Assembly (NCBI GenBank): GCA_020441205.1
Contig: JAGRMO010000044.1
Span: 1-51,922, forward strand
DNA: 51,922 nt
Direction: 5' to 3'
Origin: Maritimibacter sp.
GTDB taxonomy: Bacteria; Pseudomonadota; Alphaproteobacteria; Rhodobacterales; Rhodobacteraceae
Shown here in pieces: positions 29,268 to 37,926 of the stretch. The position numbers and the translations under genes were made by a program. How positions within the stretch are numbered: the stretch's first letter is position 1; every line of letters starts with the position of its first letter. The notes below the pieces were generated by a model, which saw only the letters and a list, made by a program, of their open reading frames with translations, made no database searches and was not told where the DNA came from.

Positions 29268-30113
29268 ATGACGACGATGGACGGTGCGCAGATCAGCGTG
29301 ATCATTCCGGCGCATAACGAGGCCGATTACATCGGCGCGACGCTCGCGTCGCTGATCGCGTCGCGGCTCGACGGGATCGCGGCCGAGCTCATCGTGGTGC
29401 CGAACGGTTGTCGCGACGAGACCGCCGAGATCGCCCGCGCGCTCGGCCCCCGTGCCGAGGCGGCGGGCTGGAGCTACCGGGTGATCGAAAGCGCGGCCGG
29501 CGGCAAGCCGCTCGCGCTCGATCTCGGCGAGGAGGCGGCGACCGGCCGGGTGCTCGCCTATATCGACGCCGACGTGATCGTCAGCCCGCGGCTGGTGGCG
29601 GCGCTGGCCGAGGCGCTCGACACCGATGTGCCGCGCTACGGCAGCGGCCGGCCGGCGGTGATGCGCTCGCCCTCGGCCGCGACGCGGGCCTACGCGCGGA
29701 TCTGGACCCGGCTGCCGATGTTCAACGCGACCGCGCCGGGCTTCGGCGTGTTCGCGATGAACCGGGCGGGGCGCGCGCGCTGGGGCAAATGGCCGAAGGT
29801 GCGCGGCGACGACGCCTTCGCCCGGCTCGCCTTCACGCCCGACGAGCGCATAGAGGTGCCGGAAGGCTACGAATGGCCGCTGACCGACGGGTTCCTGCCG
29901 TTGATGCGGGTGCGCCGGCGGCAGGATCGCGGCGTGCGCGAGGTGGCGGCGCTGCATCCCGAGCTCATGGGTAACGACGGGGTCGAAAAGGTCGGGCTCA
30001 GTGGCGCGCTGCGGCTGCTGGTCACCGATCCGCCGGGGATGATCGTCTATTCGGTGATCAAGATCGCTTCGCGCACCGGGGCGGATTCCGGCGGCTGGAC
30101 CCGGGGGCGCTAG
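29268..30113 (+). CDS. Glycosyltransferase family 2
   Basis: SVIIPAHNEA, VVPNGCRDET, GGKPLALD, AYIDAD. Confidence 0.88.
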   Translation: MTTMDGAQISVIIPAHNEADYIGATLASLIASRLDGIAAELIVVPNGCRDETAEIARALGPRAEAAGWSYRVIESAAGGKPLALDLGEEAATGRVLAYIDADVIVSPRLVAALAEALDTDVPRYGSGRPAVMRSPSAATRAYARIWTRLPMFNATAPGFGVFAMNRAGRARWGKWPKVRGDDAFARLAFTPDERIEVPEGYEWPLTDGFLPLMRVRRRQDRGVREVAALHPELMGNDGVEKVGLSGALRLLVTDPPGMIVYSVIKIASRTGADSGGWTRGR

Positions 30114-30150
30114 GCGCCGCGCAGGCCGAAACTCGATCTCTCCGGCGTCG

Positions 30151-30205
30151 CTTCTTTGGTCGGCAAATATCCTCCGGGGGTCCGGGGGTGGAAAACCCCC
30201 GGCTT
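30151..30205 (+). repeat. REP-like intergenic repeat, copy 2
   Basis: Same 34-nt core and hairpin as 19192-19225, preceded by a similar cttc...gcaaata segment; lies between convergent genes. Confidence 0.8.
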
Positions 30206-30230
30206 CGGCCGCCACGCGTCCCGGTGGTCT

Positions 30231-31436
30231 TCAGATCGCCGCGGCGATGAAGCCCGCGAGCCGTTCGGCCTGGCCGTCGATGGCGTGGCGTTCCAACACC
30301 CTTGCGCGGCCGGCCCGGCCCATCTCGGCGCGGCGGTCTTGCGGGGTGGCGGCGAGGGTGGCGATGGCGTCGGCGAGGGCGAGGGCGTCGCCCGCCGGCA
30401 CCAGCCAACCGGTTTCGCCTTCCAGCACCAGTTCCGGCGCGCCGGCGATGAGGGTCGAGATCACCGGGCGGGCCATGGCCATCGCTTCCATGATCACCAT
30501 CGGCAGCCCCTCGGCGAAGCTCGGCATCGCCAGCGCGTCGGCGCGGGCGATCTCGGCGCGCACGCCGGCCTCGTCGAGCCAGCCGGTGATCCGCACCCGA
30601 CCGTCGAGACCGGCCTTGGCGATCTCACGCTCGAGCTCGCCGCGCAGCTCGCCGTCGCCGACGAGGGCGAGAGTGACGTCGGGCAGGCGCTCCTTCAGCG
30701 CCGTCATCGCCTCGATCAGCACTTTCTGGCCCTTCTGTTCGACGAAGCGGCCGATGGCGACGAGGTGGAGGCCCGGGTGCGGGTCGGCCGGGGCAGGTTC
30801 GGGAAAGGCGTCGGGCTCGATGCCACAATGGACGACCTTGACTTTGTCCCAGTCGGAAAGCGGGGTCCAGCGGCAGAGCTGGCTGCGGCCGAATTGGCTG
30901 ACGCCGACGACGAAGGCGGCATGCGCGATCTTGTCGGCGAGCGAAAGCGCGGCGACGGCGTCGAATTCCTCGGGGCCGTGGACGGTGAAACTGTAGTGCG
31001 GGCCGCCCATCACACGGGTCAGGGTCGCGACGGCGGCGGCATTGGTGCCGAAATGGGCGTGAACATGGGTGACGCCGGCGTCTTCGCACCGCGTCTTCAC
31101 GATCGCGGCCTCGGCGAGGTAGATGAGGTGGCGCAAACGCCCCGCGGGCGAGGCCTTGCCCATCTTCATCGCCAGCCGCAGGGCTCCGAGGGTGGGGCCG
31201 GGGTTGCGCAGCAGCGCGCCCGACAACGCCTTCGCGAGCCCTTTGCCGCCGGCATCGAGCACGTAGACGGTGCGGGTGGCCTCGGCCTTGTCGCCGGGGT
31301 CGACGAGGGTCAGCTCGGTGCGGCGCATGGCCAGGCGCAGCACCTCGTGCCCCTGGCGTTCGAGCGCGCGCAGCTCGCGGCGGATGAAGCTGTGGGAGGG
31401 CTGCGGGTAGGTGTTCAACACATAGGCGATGGTCAC
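30231..31436 (-). CDS. Glycosyltransferase family 4 (GT-B, WcaL-like)
   Basis: IAYVLNTYPQPSHSFIRRE, HVHAHFG, FTVHGPEE, IGRFVEQKG, PSFAEGLPMVIMEAMA. Start placed at GTG 31436. Confidence 0.92.
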   Translation of the reverse strand: MTIAYVLNTYPQPSHSFIRRELRALERQGHEVLRLAMRRTELTLVDPGDKAEATRTVYVLDAGGKGLAKALSGALLRNPGPTLGALRLAMKMGKASPAGRLRHLIYLAEAAIVKTRCEDAGVTHVHAHFGTNAAAVATLTRVMGGPHYSFTVHGPEEFDAVAALSLADKIAHAAFVVGVSQFGRSQLCRWTPLSDWDKVKVVHCGIEPDAFPEPAPADPHPGLHLVAIGRFVEQKGQKVLIEAMTALKERLPDVTLALVGDGELRGELEREIAKAGLDGRVRITGWLDEAGVRAEIARADALAMPSFAEGLPMVIMEAMAMARPVISTLIAGAPELVLEGETGWLVPAGDALALADAIATLAATPQDRRAEMGRAGRARVLERHAIDGQAERLAGFIAAAI

Positions 31437-31538
31437 GTCACGTTCCTTTTCCGGAGCCCTCTGTCCGGCCACGCCCACGGGCCGTCATGGTGCCGCGGTC
31501 CCAAGGAGCGCCGGTCCGTCCGATGTAGCACGGATGTG

Positions 31539-32813
31539 CTACAACGTCCCGCGATAGGCACGCCGGCCCTTGCGGCCCGGATCGGTGGCGTGATCGGTCC
31601 CGATGGCGGGGATGGTCACCACCGGGACGATGCCGGTGCGCCGGGTCATCTGGGCCGCCGAGCGGATCACGGGGTGCAGAAGCTCGAGCAGGAAGGCGAT
31701 GCCCACGCCCAGCATCGCGCCGCCGACGAGGCCGGCCAGCACGACGATCTTGCGGCTGAGCGACGAGGGGTATTCCGGCACCGTCGCGGTCTCGATCACG
31801 GTGAGGCGGCCGCCCTGGTCGCGGGCTTCCAGCGCATAGGTGGTCTCGGCCTCGCGGCGATGGCCGGCGACGACGCTCAGCTCTTCCTGGAGGCCAGCGA
31901 GGCGACGGTCGTAATCGTTGATCTGACGCTCGACGACGGGCACGCGGGCGAGGGCGGATTCGAGCTTGTCGCGGTTGGCGACGAGGGCGTCGCGCTTGAG
32001 GTTCAGCGCGTCGATATCCTTGTTGAGCGAGTCGATGCGGATCTGGGCGCGCAGCTTGGCGACTTCGGAGGTGCGGTCGCCCGCGCTGATCTGCTGGATC
32101 TCGCCCTGCTTGGCGAGGATCTGCTGCTCGATGTCGAGAAGCGAGGTGTTGATCGCGCCGATGTCGCTGCGGAGCGAGTCGATCGAGCCCGGGATCGCCA
32201 GCGCGTTCTGGTTGCGGAAGGTCTCGCGCTCGTCCTCGACCTGGTTGATCTCGGCGTTCAGCGCCTCTTCCTGCAGACGGAAGAAGTCGAGCGCCTGCTG
32301 GGCGCTTTCGAGCCGCTGGCTCGAGCTCAGCTGCAGGGTGCGGCGGGCGAACTCGCGGGCGAGGTCGCGGGCCATGACCGGATCGGACCATTGCGCTTGC
32401 ACCGACAGGATCGAGATGGTGCCGTCGTCGGAGAAGCCCTGGCGGGCGGCGGCGACGGTGTCGACGGTGACGGTCTTGCGCATCAGGGCCACGCGCTCGA
32501 CTTCCGAAAGCCCGGGCTTGTCGTCGAACAGACCGAAATCGTTGGCGATTTCGAGCAGGGTCTCGCGGGCGAACAGGCGCTGCTGGATCTGCTGGAGCTG
32601 GCGGGCGGACGCGGAATCGCCGATGCCGTCGACGGTGTCGGCCGAGACGGTGGGCTGTTCGACCTGGATCACCTCGAAGCTCTGGTAGACGCGCGGCGAT
32701 TGCAGGGCGAAGACCGCGGCGGCGAAGACGCCGAGCAGGGTGACGCGCGCGATCAGGCGCCAGCGCCGGCGCAGGATGTCGAGGATTTCTTCGATCATTT
32801 CCAAAGGCGACAT
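31539..32813 (-). CDS. Polysaccharide co-polymerase / chain-length determinant (Wzz/GumC-like)
   Basis: ILRRRWRLI plus TM1, long coiled coil, VIETATVPEYP, TM2, ELLHPVIRS...GIVPVVTIP. Confidence 0.88.
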   Translation of the reverse strand: MSPLEMIEEILDILRRRWRLIARVTLLGVFAAAVFALQSPRVYQSFEVIQVEQPTVSADTVDGIGDSASARQLQQIQQRLFARETLLEIANDFGLFDDKPGLSEVERVALMRKTVTVDTVAAARQGFSDDGTISILSVQAQWSDPVMARDLAREFARRTLQLSSSQRLESAQQALDFFRLQEEALNAEINQVEDERETFRNQNALAIPGSIDSLRSDIGAINTSLLDIEQQILAKQGEIQQISAGDRTSEVAKLRAQIRIDSLNKDIDALNLKRDALVANRDKLESALARVPVVERQINDYDRRLAGLQEELSVVAGHRREAETTYALEARDQGGRLTVIETATVPEYPSSLSRKIVVLAGLVGGAMLGVGIAFLLELLHPVIRSAAQMTRRTGIVPVVTIPAIGTDHATDPGRKGRRAYRGTL

Positions 32814-32924
32814 GGGCAGCGTTCCGTCACATTACAGGCGTTCAGATAAGATCAGCGGGCCACGGCAGAACTGCGGCACGAGTGTTTCGAGACTTTGACA
32901 TTTCGGCCGGCCTTCGCCGCCCGG

Positions 32925-33770
32925 TCAGGCGCGGGCCCGGTTGAGCACCACGCCGAGCAGCTTCGAGCGCTTCTTGATGAGGCGTTCGCATTCTTCGATA
33001 TGTCGGGCCTGGGTATGGGTTCCGTCGGCCACCAGCAGCACGCCGTCGACATGCGGCAGGATCGCGTTCAGATCGTCGTACTCGAGGATCGGCGGCATAT
33101 CGAGCAGCACGAGGTCGGGCCGCAGGATCTGTTCCATTTCCTTCACGGTGCCGGCGACGATGGCGCTCTGCAGCAGGTCCGAGGCGTTGGGCCGCGGGCT
33201 TTCCGAAACACCGAGGGCGAGGCCCTCGCTGTAGCGGACGAGGTGTTCGAAGAACGAGACCTCGCCGGTCAGGAACTCGTCCATGTCGCCATCGGTCTCG
33301 ACGCCGATCATGTCGGCGACGCCCGGATTGCGCAGGTTGAGATCGAGCAGCACGGATTTGATCCCGGGCACACGGGCCAGCGAACGGGCGAGGTTCACCG
33401 CGGCGAAGGTCGATCCGTTGCCGGCGAGCGGCGCGGCGATGGCGATCCGCTTGAGATTGTCCGACCGGACGGCCTGCAGGAGCTGGGTGCGCAGCTGGTC
33501 GAAGGCCTGGACGGCGGCGGCGCGGGCGTCGGCGGCCTTGCGCCGGCGCCACGAGCGCGGCACCTCGGCATCGGTGCGCACCGCCTTTTCGAGGATCGAC
33601 CAGACTTCCTCGCGCGGGTCGCTCTCGACCCCGTAGAGGGAGCTGGGGCGAACCGGGACCAGGGCCGTGCCGGTCGGCTTCTGGCGCGGCTGGCCAGCGT
33701 TGTTCTCGTCGTCGTTCGCCATGGACCTTTGGGAATCGTCCGCGTGGAAATCCGGGTTGAACTGGTTCAT
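32925..33770 (-). CDS. CpsD/CapB-family BY-kinase domain protein with a degenerate Walker A
   Basis: AFDQLRTQLL, APLAGNGST (P-loop without Lys), VLLDLNLRNP, VLLDMPP, VDGVLLV, LLGVVLN. Confidence 0.85.
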   Translation of the reverse strand: MNQFNPDFHADDSQRSMANDDENNAGQPRQKPTGTALVPVRPSSLYGVESDPREEVWSILEKAVRTDAEVPRSWRRRKAADARAAAVQAFDQLRTQLLQAVRSDNLKRIAIAAPLAGNGSTFAAVNLARSLARVPGIKSVLLDLNLRNPGVADMIGVETDGDMDEFLTGEVSFFEHLVRYSEGLALGVSESPRPNASDLLQSAIVAGTVKEMEQILRPDLVLLDMPPILEYDDLNAILPHVDGVLLVADGTHTQARHIEECERLIKKRSKLLGVVLNRARA

Positions 33771-33849
33771 AATCAGGTTCTCCCGTCAGGTCGACCGGCA
33801 AATGTCACTTTGGCAACTTGTCGTGTTCGGAGCGGCTGCTGGCGGTGCG

Positions 33850-34626
33850 TCAGTAGCCGGTCCGCTTGAGCATCACGCCGACGGTGCGGAAGATGATCGA
33901 CACGTCTTCGCGGAACGAGACCTTGCGGCGATAGACCCGGTCCATCTCGGCGCGGTAGTCGAAATTGCGGTCGTTACGATCGGAGACCTGCCACAGGCCG
34001 GAGAGGCCGGGACGCATGCCCCAGTAGATCGGGCCGTCGTAGATCGCGACCTGGTCGGGCAGCATCGGACGCGGGCCGATCAGGCTCATCTCGCCGGTGA
34101 GCACGTTCCACAGCTGCGGCAGCTCGTCGAGCGAGGTCACCCGCAGAACGCGGCCGACGCGGGTGATGCGCGGGTCGTTCTTCAGTTTCTGGGTCTCGTC
34201 CCACTCGCGGCGCAGCTCCGCGTCGTTGGCGAGCAGTTCGCCGAGCATCTTGTCGGCGTTCATCACCATCGTGCGCAGCTTGAGGATCCGGTAGCGGGTG
34301 CCGTCGGCGCGCATCCGGTCCTGGTGATAGAAGGGCATGCCGCCCTCGAGCCACAGCGCCAGCGCGGTGAGCATGACCACGGGAAGGATGAACGGGGCGG
34401 CCAGGAGGACGAGGGCAACGTCCATCATCCGCTTGCCGCGACGCAGGTACCAGGTGTGCTCGGCCGGTCTCGTGCCGATCGACGGCCGCGGAAAGGTTTC
34501 AATCGCCTTGCGCAGACGCGGACGCAGTTCCGCGGCGACATCGACGTGAGGCGCAATCGCGCGTTTCACCTCGGTTACCGGCAGAACGCCGGCTTCGACC
34601 CGGCTTCCGGTCAGTGTTCTAGTCAT
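33850..34626 (-). CDS. Priming sugar transferase (polyprenyl-phosphate phosphoglycosyl transferase, ExoY/WcaJ C-domain type)
   Basis: KRMMDV plus TM, LKLRTM, KLKNDPRITRVGRVLRVTSLDELPQLWNVLTGEMSLIGPRP, RPGLSGLWQV; start at ATG 34626 after a GGGTGGGA RBS-like sequence. Confidence 0.92.
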   Translation of the reverse strand: MTRTLTGSRVEAGVLPVTEVKRAIAPHVDVAAELRPRLRKAIETFPRPSIGTRPAEHTWYLRRGKRMMDVALVLLAAPFILPVVMLTALALWLEGGMPFYHQDRMRADGTRYRILKLRTMVMNADKMLGELLANDAELRREWDETQKLKNDPRITRVGRVLRVTSLDELPQLWNVLTGEMSLIGPRPMLPDQVAIYDGPIYWGMRPGLSGLWQVSDRNDRNFDYRAEMDRVYRRKVSFREDVSIIFRTVGVMLKRTGY

Positions 34627-35782
34627 TTCCCACCCCTTCCAATTGCTCGGACCGATGTCCTTCGTACGATCCCCGGCTCTTATTCGGCCGCTCGGTCTGT
34701 CACCGCCCCCGCTACACCCCCTACAAGTGTATCGCGGGTACGGACACAACCCGCGAGGGACGGGATAACCCCCGGATCGTACTCGTTCCACCGGCACAAT
34801 TCGGGCAAACCGCTGCCCCAAAATCGCCTCATTCAGATTAGCATCGGCTCGGGCCCGAACCCCCCCTAATCTGTTGCACAGACCGTTTCCCTCGATGCGA
34901 CAATCCAACGATTCGTCCAAGAAGCCTGCAACGAAGAATATTTCAAATAGCTATTGTCGCGGCTATGGGGAAAACGAGAAAAAGGCGGACCTGTGACCCT
35001 GCTGCACATATTCCCAAATGACTGTCGGGCGCGACCCCGAAAACGCCACATTTGACGAAAAACCGACTTCGGAATTGCACGAATCCGACCGATGATTCGG
35101 CGAAATCGGGCAAAATGAAGGAAGATGGAAAGCCGGCTGCGCTGGCGCGACACGAATTGCGGCAGCTCCTGGCGCCAAAATCCCGTACCGGCAGGGGGTT
35201 GCGCGGCCCGGGGCGGGTGGGGCACCGGCCGCGGCGACCAGCTGGGCCGGGTCGGGGAGCGCCGGCGCGGTGGCGTCGGGCCGACGTTCCGGCCGCGATC
35301 AGGGCGGTATCCGCGCCGGTCGAGCATGTTCGAATCCTGCTTTTTGGCTCTGGCCTCCGGTGGCGCGCGCTGATACAGCGGAGCTCCGGCCGGCGGGTAT
35401 TATACTTCGGGCATAGACAATCCGGTTAGTCGGCGGCGAAATGGCCGCGTTTTGAGGGCAATTGTTTCTACAGCTGAGACAATAACCGATATTCGGCGAT
35501 ATTATTTTCAAATTAGCGTCAATGACCGGGTTCGGGCGGTTGGACCCGGCGATTTGATCCGTTTCGATGCGGGCGCAAACGGTGTCACCAACGCGGATGT
35601 GCCGCCCGGCGGGCGAGGGCGCTGTCCGGCGATCGGGCTTGATGCGGTGCGGGCGGGCGCTAGACTCGGGCCGAGGCCGCGCACGCGGGGTTCGCGCTCC
35701 GGTGGTGCGGTCCGGCGGGGCGGGGCCGGCGCGGGGGCGTCGACGAGCCGCCCGCGGCCGCGCGCAAATGGGAGGATGACCG

Positions 35783-36232
35783 ATGCTGAAGAATCTCGAT
35801 CCGCGAATGACGGCGGACCTTCTCGATGTGCTGATGCGGATGGGGCATGGCGACGAGCTGGTGCTGGCCGACCGCAACTTCCCCGCGCATGCGACCGCCG
35901 CGAGCACGGTCACCGGCCGGCTGGTCGAGCTGGCCGGGTTCATGGCGCCGGAAGCGATCGGACTGATCTGTTCGGCGCTGCCGCTCGACGCTTTCGTGCC
36001 GGCCGGCGCCTTGTGGATGCAGGCCGACGGGCGGGGCGATGTGCCCGAGCCGGTACATGAAGACGGGCTCGCGGTGATCCGTGCCAACCTGCCCGAGGGC
36101 GGCGGCACCGCCTCGCTCGAACGGCAGGCGTTCTACGCGCGGGCGCGGAATACCTTCGCGGTGGTGCGCTGCAGCGAAGACCGGCCCTATGGCTGCTTCA
36201 TCCTGCGCAAGGGTGTGATCTTCCCCGCCTGA
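35783..36232 (+). CDS. RbsD/FucU-family sugar pyranase/mutarotase
   Basis: MLKNLDP, MGHGDELVLADRNFP, LERQAFYARA, YGCFILRKGV; GGGAGG RBS. Confidence 0.9.
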   Translation: MLKNLDPRMTADLLDVLMRMGHGDELVLADRNFPAHATAASTVTGRLVELAGFMAPEAIGLICSALPLDAFVPAGALWMQADGRGDVPEPVHEDGLAVIRANLPEGGGTASLERQAFYARARNTFAVVRCSEDRPYGCFILRKGVIFPA

Positions 36233-36417
36233 TCCGCCGGCCTTCGCGGCGCCCGCCATCCCCCGGCGACCCAGCCCCGCAAGGCGGGGCCGGGTACCGA
36301 CCGGCCTCTCGACGCCTGAGCGAGTCCGGGTGAGCCGGACCCGGTCATGCGCGCGCTGCATTGCCGCCATGCGGCGCGGCAAATCGGCCACATCACCCGC
36401 GTTTTCGGTTTGGTAAT

Positions 36418-36431
36418 TTGTTCCACGTCAA
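36418..36431 (+). promoter_or_regulatory. FNR/FnrL-like box 1 (TTGTT-CCAC-GTCAA)
   Basis: One mismatch to TTGAY-N4-RTCAA; in an AT-rich patch upstream of the mbx-like operon. Confidence 0.5.
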
Positions 36432-36454
36432 ATCGCGATGGATGAATGTGTGTT

Positions 36455-36468
36455 TTAACCCGCGTCAA
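36455..36468 (+). promoter_or_regulatory. FNR/FnrL-like box 2 (TTAAC-CCGC-GTCAA)
   Basis: One mismatch to TTGAY-N4-RTCAA; 37 nt downstream of box 1 and about 115 nt before the first ATG. Confidence 0.5.
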
Positions 36469-36583
36469 GTTGGCGGGTCACGGACCCCAGATACATGCGC
36501 GAAACCACCCCCGGCACGGGCTTCCTACCCTGCGATGCACGCGGGAGGCAGGGGCGCCGCGCCGGTCCTCGGAGGGCAGAGAG

Positions 36584-37081
36584 ATGTCACGCAGCCTGGA
36601 ACCACTGAAGCTGTTCCTTACCCTTCTGGTGATCTGGCTCCTGCTCAACGGGTCGGTCGCCCTCGGCACGCTGGCGGTGGGCGTGGTGGTCGCGGGAGCC
36701 ATCGCGGTCCTGTTCCGCGAGTCGCTGTCGGTGCTGTCGGGCCACAAGTTCACCGCCGAGGCGCTCGTCGCCTCACTCTTGTATGTGGGCTACTTCCTCA
36801 AGGAGCTGGTGAAGGCCAATCTGCAGATGGCCGCCATCGTGCTCAGCCCGCGGTTGCCGGTCGAACCGGCCATCGTGGCGACGCGGGTCCGGCTCACCCA
36901 TCCGGTCGCGCGGCTGCTGCTCGCCAATTCGATCACCCTCACCCCCGGCACGCTCAGTGTCGAGATGAAGGGCGACACGCTCTACGTGCATTGGGTCGTC
37001 GCCAAGGGGACCGATGTCGAGACCGCGACGCGCGAGATCGTGGCGGGGTTCGAACGCTATCTGGAGAAGATGTATGACTGA
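36584..37081 (+). CDS. Mrp subunit E-like (MbxA/MnhE)
   Basis: LVIWLLLNG, ELVKANLQMA, LLANSITLTPGTL, LYVHW; GGAGGG RBS. Confidence 0.9.
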   Translation: MSRSLEPLKLFLTLLVIWLLLNGSVALGTLAVGVVVAGAIAVLFRESLSVLSGHKFTAEALVASLLYVGYFLKELVKANLQMAAIVLSPRLPVEPAIVATRVRLTHPVARLLLANSITLTPGTLSVEMKGDTLYVHWVVAKGTDVETATREIVAGFERYLEKMYD

Positions 37082-37334
37082 GATCGTGCTCTATATCGCC
37101 GGCGCGCTCGTGGCCGCAGCCTTTGTGCTGGCGATGATCCGCTTCGCCGCCGGGCCCCGCGCGGTCGACCGGGTGCTCGCCTTCGACGTGCTCACCATTC
37201 TCTCGATCGCCGGCATCGTCATCGCCGCGCTGGTCGGAGGGCGGTCGATCTATCTCGATGTCGCCCTGGTCTATGCGCTCCTGTCGTTCCTCGGCGTGAT
37301 CGTCGCCGCCCGCTATCTGGAAGGAGGCGAATGA
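37074..37334 (+). CDS. Mrp subunit F-like (MbxB/MnhF)
   Basis: RFAAGPRAVDRVLAFD, YLDVALVYALLSFLG, ARYLE; three TM segments. Confidence 0.9.
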   Translation: MTEIVLYIAGALVAAAFVLAMIRFAAGPRAVDRVLAFDVLTILSIAGIVIAALVGGRSIYLDVALVYALLSFLGVIVAARYLEGGE

Positions 37335-37669
37335 TGGCCGTCCTCGAATTCATCGGATCGCTCGTGCTGCTCGCCGGCGCTCTGTTCCTGTTCCTCGGCG
37401 GGCTCGGGCTCTACCGGATGCCCGATACCTACAACCGCATCCAGGCCGGCACCAAGGCCACCACGCTGGGCACGCTGCTCCTCCTGCTCGGCGCCGCGCT
37501 CATGGTGCCGGGCTGGGCCGTCAAGCTTCTGCTGATCATGCTGTTCCTGATGTACACCAACCCGCTGTCGAGCCAGGTGCTCGCCCGCGCCGCCCATCGC
37601 GCCGGCGTGCCGCTGACGGCGAAGACGAAGCACGACGCGCTCGCGCAGGACGCGGGAGACCTGACATGA
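37331..37669 (+). CDS. Mrp subunit G-like (MbxC/MnhG)
   Basis: GLYRMPDTYNRIQAGTKATTLG, TNPLSSQVLARAA. Confidence 0.9.
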   Translation: MMAVLEFIGSLVLLAGALFLFLGGLGLYRMPDTYNRIQAGTKATTLGTLLLLLGAALMVPGWAVKLLLIMLFLMYTNPLSSQVLARAAHRAGVPLTAKTKHDALAQDAGDLT

Positions 37670-37926
37670 TCGCGCTGCCCCTCGCCGCCGTCATCGGCTT
37701 CGGCCTCGCCGCCATCGCCGCCGCCTTCGTCGCCCTCGTCACTCGCACCACGCCGGTTGCGGTGATCGCGGCCGGGCTCGTGAGCCTGTTCGCCTCGGTG
37801 ATCTTTCTCGTCCTCGCCGCGCCCGATGTGGCGATGACCGAGGCCGCCATCGGCTCGGGCCTCACCACCTTCCTGTTCTTCTATGTCATGGGGCGAATTC
37901 GCCGGGAGGGCGGCAATGACCAGTAA
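37666..37926 (+). CDS. MbxD/MbhD-like small membrane subunit (DUF4040 type)
   Basis: LAAPDVAMTEAAIGSGL motif; three TM segments; ATGA overlap. Confidence 0.88.
   Translation: MIALPLAAVIGFGLAAIAAAFVALVTRTTPVAVIAAGLVSLFASVIFLVLAAPDVAMTEAAIGSGLTTFLFFYVMGRIRREGGNDQ

Noticed and set aside
19171-30205. CRISPR array or IS ends from the repeated hairpin
   Set aside because: Only two copies 11 kb apart, in direct orientation, with no spacers, cas genes or transposase.
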